64,000 nt of DNA from Candidatus Thorarchaeota archaeon (GTDB lineage: Archaea; Asgardarchaeota; Thorarchaeia; Thorarchaeales; Thorarchaeaceae): the NCBI GenBank assembly GCA_046482545.1, contig JAWOEX010000032.1, forward strand, positions 32,001-96,000. Direction: 5' to 3'. Shown piece by piece: positions 60,321-64,000 of the stretch (the first letter of the stretch is position 1; the number at the start of each line of letters is the position of its first letter). Position numbers and translations under genes: made by a program. The notes below the pieces were generated by a model that was not told the DNA's origin, did not search any database, and was given only the letters and a program-made list of their open reading frames with translations.

Positions 60321-61397
60321 ATGGTGGTTTTGTTTATGCCAGAAGAACCGACTCGGAAGAAACGTAGGCTAGATTCACTATTGAGCATAAGCCACGATAA
60401 AGACGTTGATGGCCTGAATTCAGCTGCTATTGTATGGCGCTATGCGAAATCACGAGAGCTTGATTTCGATGTTATTCTGACCGACTACGGTGGATTTTCT
60501 GATACTTTCTCAGCAGTTGCTGCAAGACGGAACACACTTTTAGTTATAACCGACTTGGCCATGGATGAGAATGAGCTTGATTCAATCATGTCTGCTCTCA
60601 AACGAGCGGTGTCTCAGGGGTGCCGAGTTGTCTGGCTTGATCATCATCAATGGTCCAAGAAAGCCGCAGCTGCTGTTTTAAGCTTGGGCAATTCTCCAGT
60701 CTTGAAAGTGAATACAGATTTTTGTGCAGCTGAGATTGCCTACAAGGTACTTATGCCTAAGGATGAGATATCTGCTGAACTGGCAGAAATCGCTCATGAT
60801 ACGGATTTCAATTTGAGGGAGATAGATGCGGCAAATGCATTAACCGATGCGCTTTCTGTATTGAGATTTGAAGCTCTTTCTCGAAGAGAAGATATCACAG
60901 AGGCCCTGTTGCCTTTGCTTTCCGAATTGGCAAAAGAAGGGATTTCTGGTCTCTGGGATGAAAATAGGAAACGGTTCAAGGAACGGCTTCTCAACAGAAA
61001 AGTGAAGCATTATCGAAAAGAAAAACGAAAGAAGATGAAAAAGGCACTGGCCCAAAAGTGCGATGACATAATACACGATCGCCTTGTGAGGATACTCAAA
61101 ATTCCAAATGGTGTAACGACTACAGATATGGGAACCTTCGCTGCGAAAAAGGAGAATCTGGCTGTTGCTGGTCAACAGATGGATGTAGCCGATCTCTTGA
61201 TTACAGTAAGTAACGGTGGAATGCTCGGGTTCAGAAGGGGAAGTGAAAAAGTACTCTGTGATGTTGCTGCTAGCCTTTTCGATGGTGGTGGTCATCCGTT
61301 TGCTGCTGGCGGAGAATACGGTATGTATGATGACTTTGATACCGTATGTGTTGACATATTCACTACGCTAGAAAATAACCCTGAATGGATGGTCTAG
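60321..61397 (+). CDS. DHH/DHHA1 phosphoesterase
   Basis: SHDKDVDG, TDL, LDHH, GGGHPFAAG. Confidence 0.9.
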   Translation: MVVLFMPEEPTRKKRRLDSLLSISHDKDVDGLNSAAIVWRYAKSRELDFDVILTDYGGFSDTFSAVAARRNTLLVITDLAMDENELDSIMSALKRAVSQGCRVVWLDHHQWSKKAAAAVLSLGNSPVLKVNTDFCAAEIAYKVLMPKDEISAELAEIAHDTDFNLREIDAANALTDALSVLRFEALSRREDITEALLPLLSELAKEGISGLWDENRKRFKERLLNRKVKHYRKEKRKKMKKALAQKCDDIIHDRLVRILKIPNGVTTTDMGTFAAKKENLAVAGQQMDVADLLITVSNGGMLGFRRGSEKVLCDVAASLFDGGGHPFAAGGEYGMYDDFDTVCVDIFTTLENNPEWMV

Positions 61398-61408
61398 CTT
61401 TGCGTCTG

Positions 61409-62365
61409 TTACTTAGCTTGTGAAATAGCGGATTTCATCATAGCAGTCATATCTGCAGCTTGCTCCCAGTACTGATCAAATGTGTTGGCAGTATCTCGAA
61501 TCAACAATTCATTATCCTGCTTGGTTACTAGGAAGGCTGTATTCGCTTTGTACGTATCAGTGAAATATAATATCATCAGTTCGTCGTCTCTAATAACGGC
61601 CCGATATGTATCGCTTTTCTCTTCAATAACCCGAAATTTCAAACATCCTGAGGATACTGCCTTGCCTAAGAGCGGTAACGCATCATGCATGAATGACGAT
61701 ATTGATTTCGGTTCATTTGTTTCCTGCTGCTCCCTGAAGAGAAGCACCCGAAACTCAACTCCCTGTACTGCTTGTTCAAGCATTCTAACCTCAACCGGTC
61801 CTCTCTCATCAAGATCACCGCCAAGAGAATTCGAGGAGTTTGAAATTCTGATGATGCTATCTTCTCCTGCAGCGTTGCAGATTTGCCTGACCAATGCATT
61901 TCTGATATTCTCATTTCCTTGGATTAACTGAGAATACTGTCTGGAAGGCTGCTCAGATTTGCCTGCGAGTTCTCTGGCAAGGTTAGAGCTGCTTGCGTTT
62001 AGAACAGCCCTTCGGGCTCTTCTGTTATCATCTAAATCCTTCTGCAGCTTAGCAATTCGTCTTGATTTGATGGTTTCAAGGGCTTTGGCTATGGTCTCCT
62101 TTGTAGCCATATACTTGTTCGGGGTACTAATGCGGTCCACAACTACAAACTTGTCTTCTTCAAGTTCTCCCAGACACTTGTAAATCCAAGCCTTCGACAG
62201 GTTATCATCACGCCCATCGTTGACTATCTCAAAGATTGTGTCAAAATCAGATGTGGCGGATTCGCCTTCTACTGACTTCAGAACAGCTTTAAGAACCTTC
62301 ATCTTCCGTGATTCCATATCTAGATTAAAGAGTGCGAGCTCGGAAAGATGTTTTCGACTACTCAT
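61409..62365 (-). CDS. TrmB-like regulator (wHTH, coiled coil, PLD-like effector domain)
   Basis: LSKAWIYKCLGELEEDKFV; GVEFRVL; FDQYWEQA; TAATG overlap with upstream paralog. Confidence 0.7.
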   Translation of the reverse strand: MSSRKHLSELALFNLDMESRKMKVLKAVLKSVEGESATSDFDTIFEIVNDGRDDNLSKAWIYKCLGELEEDKFVVVDRISTPNKYMATKETIAKALETIKSRRIAKLQKDLDDNRRARRAVLNASSSNLARELAGKSEQPSRQYSQLIQGNENIRNALVRQICNAAGEDSIIRISNSSNSLGGDLDERGPVEVRMLEQAVQGVEFRVLLFREQQETNEPKSISSFMHDALPLLGKAVSSGCLKFRVIEEKSDTYRAVIRDDELMILYFTDTYKANTAFLVTKQDNELLIRDTANTFDQYWEQAADMTAMMKSAISQAK

Positions 62366-63276
62366 TAGGCAACACACTCAAGCAGGTTAACCGATGACAA
62401 GAACTCTGCATCAAAGCTGTCCATAACATCGTCCAATAGTGATGGATTCTCATTTCGAGGTACACATATCGATGCCAATGGCTCTTCTGCTACTGTCAAC
62501 ACGAGAACATCTGTGTTCCTCGCAACTATCTGGTATGTTAGATCTCCCGTTCGAATGCGAAAATCAACATCCAGCCCTTCACTTTTGAATGAGATATACT
62601 CCTCTTTTGTATCTCTCCATTTGTCCTTCACTTGCTTACATGCCTCAGTGAACAAGGCTCTCACTCTGACCCCTCTTGATGCGAGATTTCCGAGCCCCTC
62701 TAGTCTTTTGTTCCATTTATCAGACAGGAGATCCACATCATCAACAGTAATTCGAATAGTGTCTCCTTTGACCGCTTGGGCGTAGGCTTCTCGGTCCGCC
62801 ATAAGTTGTAGACTTCTGAGGCCCATACCGAAACGTGATCTATCTGTCCATTTTGCATCAGTTATTGCCTTGATGAGCCTGTCGACCAGAAGACCTATAT
62901 CCATATTTCTGAGCCGTTCTAGTTGCCTTTCCAGTTTGACTTCCCTTTCGGATAGTTCGTCTAGGGTGCGCTCTCTTTTCTTTTGCAGAGTTTTCTCTAT
63001 TCGCTCCAAGTCTGAGGAGTATCTATGTCTATAGCCGCTCCTGTCTACCTCAATGAAGCCATCAGCCTCCAAGGAACTCAGCAAGCGATAGATCAATGAT
63101 TTGTTGGGTTTCTCTGTATCATCGCTCTGAAGACGCTTGAGAATTTCGGAGAAACCAACCCTGGATTCATTCTCACCTGCTTGAAGGAGTGCTCGTAATA
63201 CGTCCATCTTCTTCTCATGTGAATCCACATCAAGAAACCGGAGTACTGATAATTCATCCTTCCTTGCTGCGGTCAT
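62365..63276 (-). CDS. TrmB-like regulator paralog
   Basis: NKSLIYRLLSSLEADGFI; RGVRVRAL; SFDAEFLSS. Confidence 0.7.
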   Translation of the reverse strand: MTAARKDELSVLRFLDVDSHEKKMDVLRALLQAGENESRVGFSEILKRLQSDDTEKPNKSLIYRLLSSLEADGFIEVDRSGYRHRYSSDLERIEKTLQKKRERTLDELSEREVKLERQLERLRNMDIGLLVDRLIKAITDAKWTDRSRFGMGLRSLQLMADREAYAQAVKGDTIRITVDDVDLLSDKWNKRLEGLGNLASRGVRVRALFTEACKQVKDKWRDTKEEYISFKSEGLDVDFRIRTGDLTYQIVARNTDVLVLTVAEEPLASICVPRNENPSLLDDVMDSFDAEFLSSVNLLECVA

Positions 63277-63278
63277 TA

Positions 63279-63998
63279 TTATCCCTTTCCCTCCAGGAAG
63301 ATTTTCGTTATCTCCACATCTGTGTCTACTCCAAACGCTTCAATATCAGAAGTTTCAAGATTAAGAACAGATTTTGACTCGCTCCAGATTTTGTCGAAAG
63401 ACTCAATTGCAGAGTCAATTAGATCGGCATTGAAACGGCGGCTTATCCATGCTCCCGTAATTGGCTGTTCCGTAATCATCAACGCCATGCTCTCATTATT
63501 CACCGCAACAAATTGGTAATGCTTTTTGCTGACATTGAAGAAACGCGCATCTGCATCACAACCATTTTTTTGAAGCTGAACTAGCTCAGCTAGACTTCTT
63601 TCAACAAACTTGCGTAGTTGCTGGTTGTTCTGGATATTACTCTTCTTTATTATGGCGGTTGGAACTCCATATCGGAGTTTGATATCCTTTTGAGCCATTT
63701 TCAATATCTTCTTGACTCTTGATTCGAGTCTATGCATGAATGGGTTAAGTGTCAGTATACAGATTCTGAGAACATCTCCCTGTTTGAGGTTGTTGTATAG
63801 TGTGGTATCGACAATACGATGGAATTCATGTACCCCCTTGATGAACCTGGCCTTAAGGGCCTGCCTTTTTCCGGTTATCCTTTCAGTAATTTCCTGAGCA
63901 AGGGTAGCAGAATCCAGATTCTTGATTGTTTCCAGCTCTTGCTTTTTTTTGGCTATTGTGTTCTTTACTCTCTCAATTGCTTTCTTTCTCAGGACATC
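63279..63998 (-). CDS. TrmB-like regulator paralog, 5' end outside window
   Basis: Frame is open to the window edge (DVLRKKAIE..ARFIKG..GDVLRI); ends SFDKIWSES. Confidence 0.7.
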   Translation of the reverse strand, partial: DVLRKKAIERVKNTIAKKKQELETIKNLDSATLAQEITERITGKRQALKARFIKGVHEFHRIVDTTLYNNLKQGDVLRICILTLNPFMHRLESRVKKILKMAQKDIKLRYGVPTAIIKKSNIQNNQQLRKFVERSLAELVQLQKNGCDADARFFNVSKKHYQFVAVNNESMALMITEQPITGAWISRRFNADLIDSAIESFDKIWSESKSVLNLETSDIEAFGVDTDVEITKIFLEGKG

Positions 63999-64000
63999 TA

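Noticed and set aside
1-64000. tRNA, rRNA, CRISPR or provirus
   Set aside because: No cloverleaf, rRNA signature, spacer array or viral hallmark gene seen by eye; tRNAscan-SE/Infernal not run

Overview
Gene-dense archaeal genomic window, most consistent with an Asgard archaeon (Thorarchaeota-like). This is inferred from the archaeal-type IPK, IOR, AOR and TrmB/Alba-like genes, the THF-type fhs/folD/ftcd genes, a form IV RuBisCO-like protein and a Rab-like GTPase. About 50 CDS are present; I saw no rRNA, tRNA or CRISPR array. Two loci stand out. (1) 12356-15945 is a four-gene module: two paralogous TRAFAC-type GTPases (one with a zinc ribbon), a DENN/GAP1-like protein and a degenerate pseudo-GTPase. 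(2) 55406-57709 is a beta-propeller (BBS2/7/FG-GAP-like) + Ig/GAE-like + acidic linker + Rab-like GTPase fusion. Other notable items: a giant Ca-binding repeat single-pass surface protein with a cytoplasmic Ig-like domain next to a TPR gene; a probably autoregulated membrane-protein operon with operator palindromes; an ipk gene plus a decayed partial duplicate bracketing a ~3 kb insertion with an IS5-like remnant; a decayed PAS-sensor relic; a divergent Alba-like gene; and a tandem array of TrmB-like regulators. All family calls come from motif reading, not database searches.
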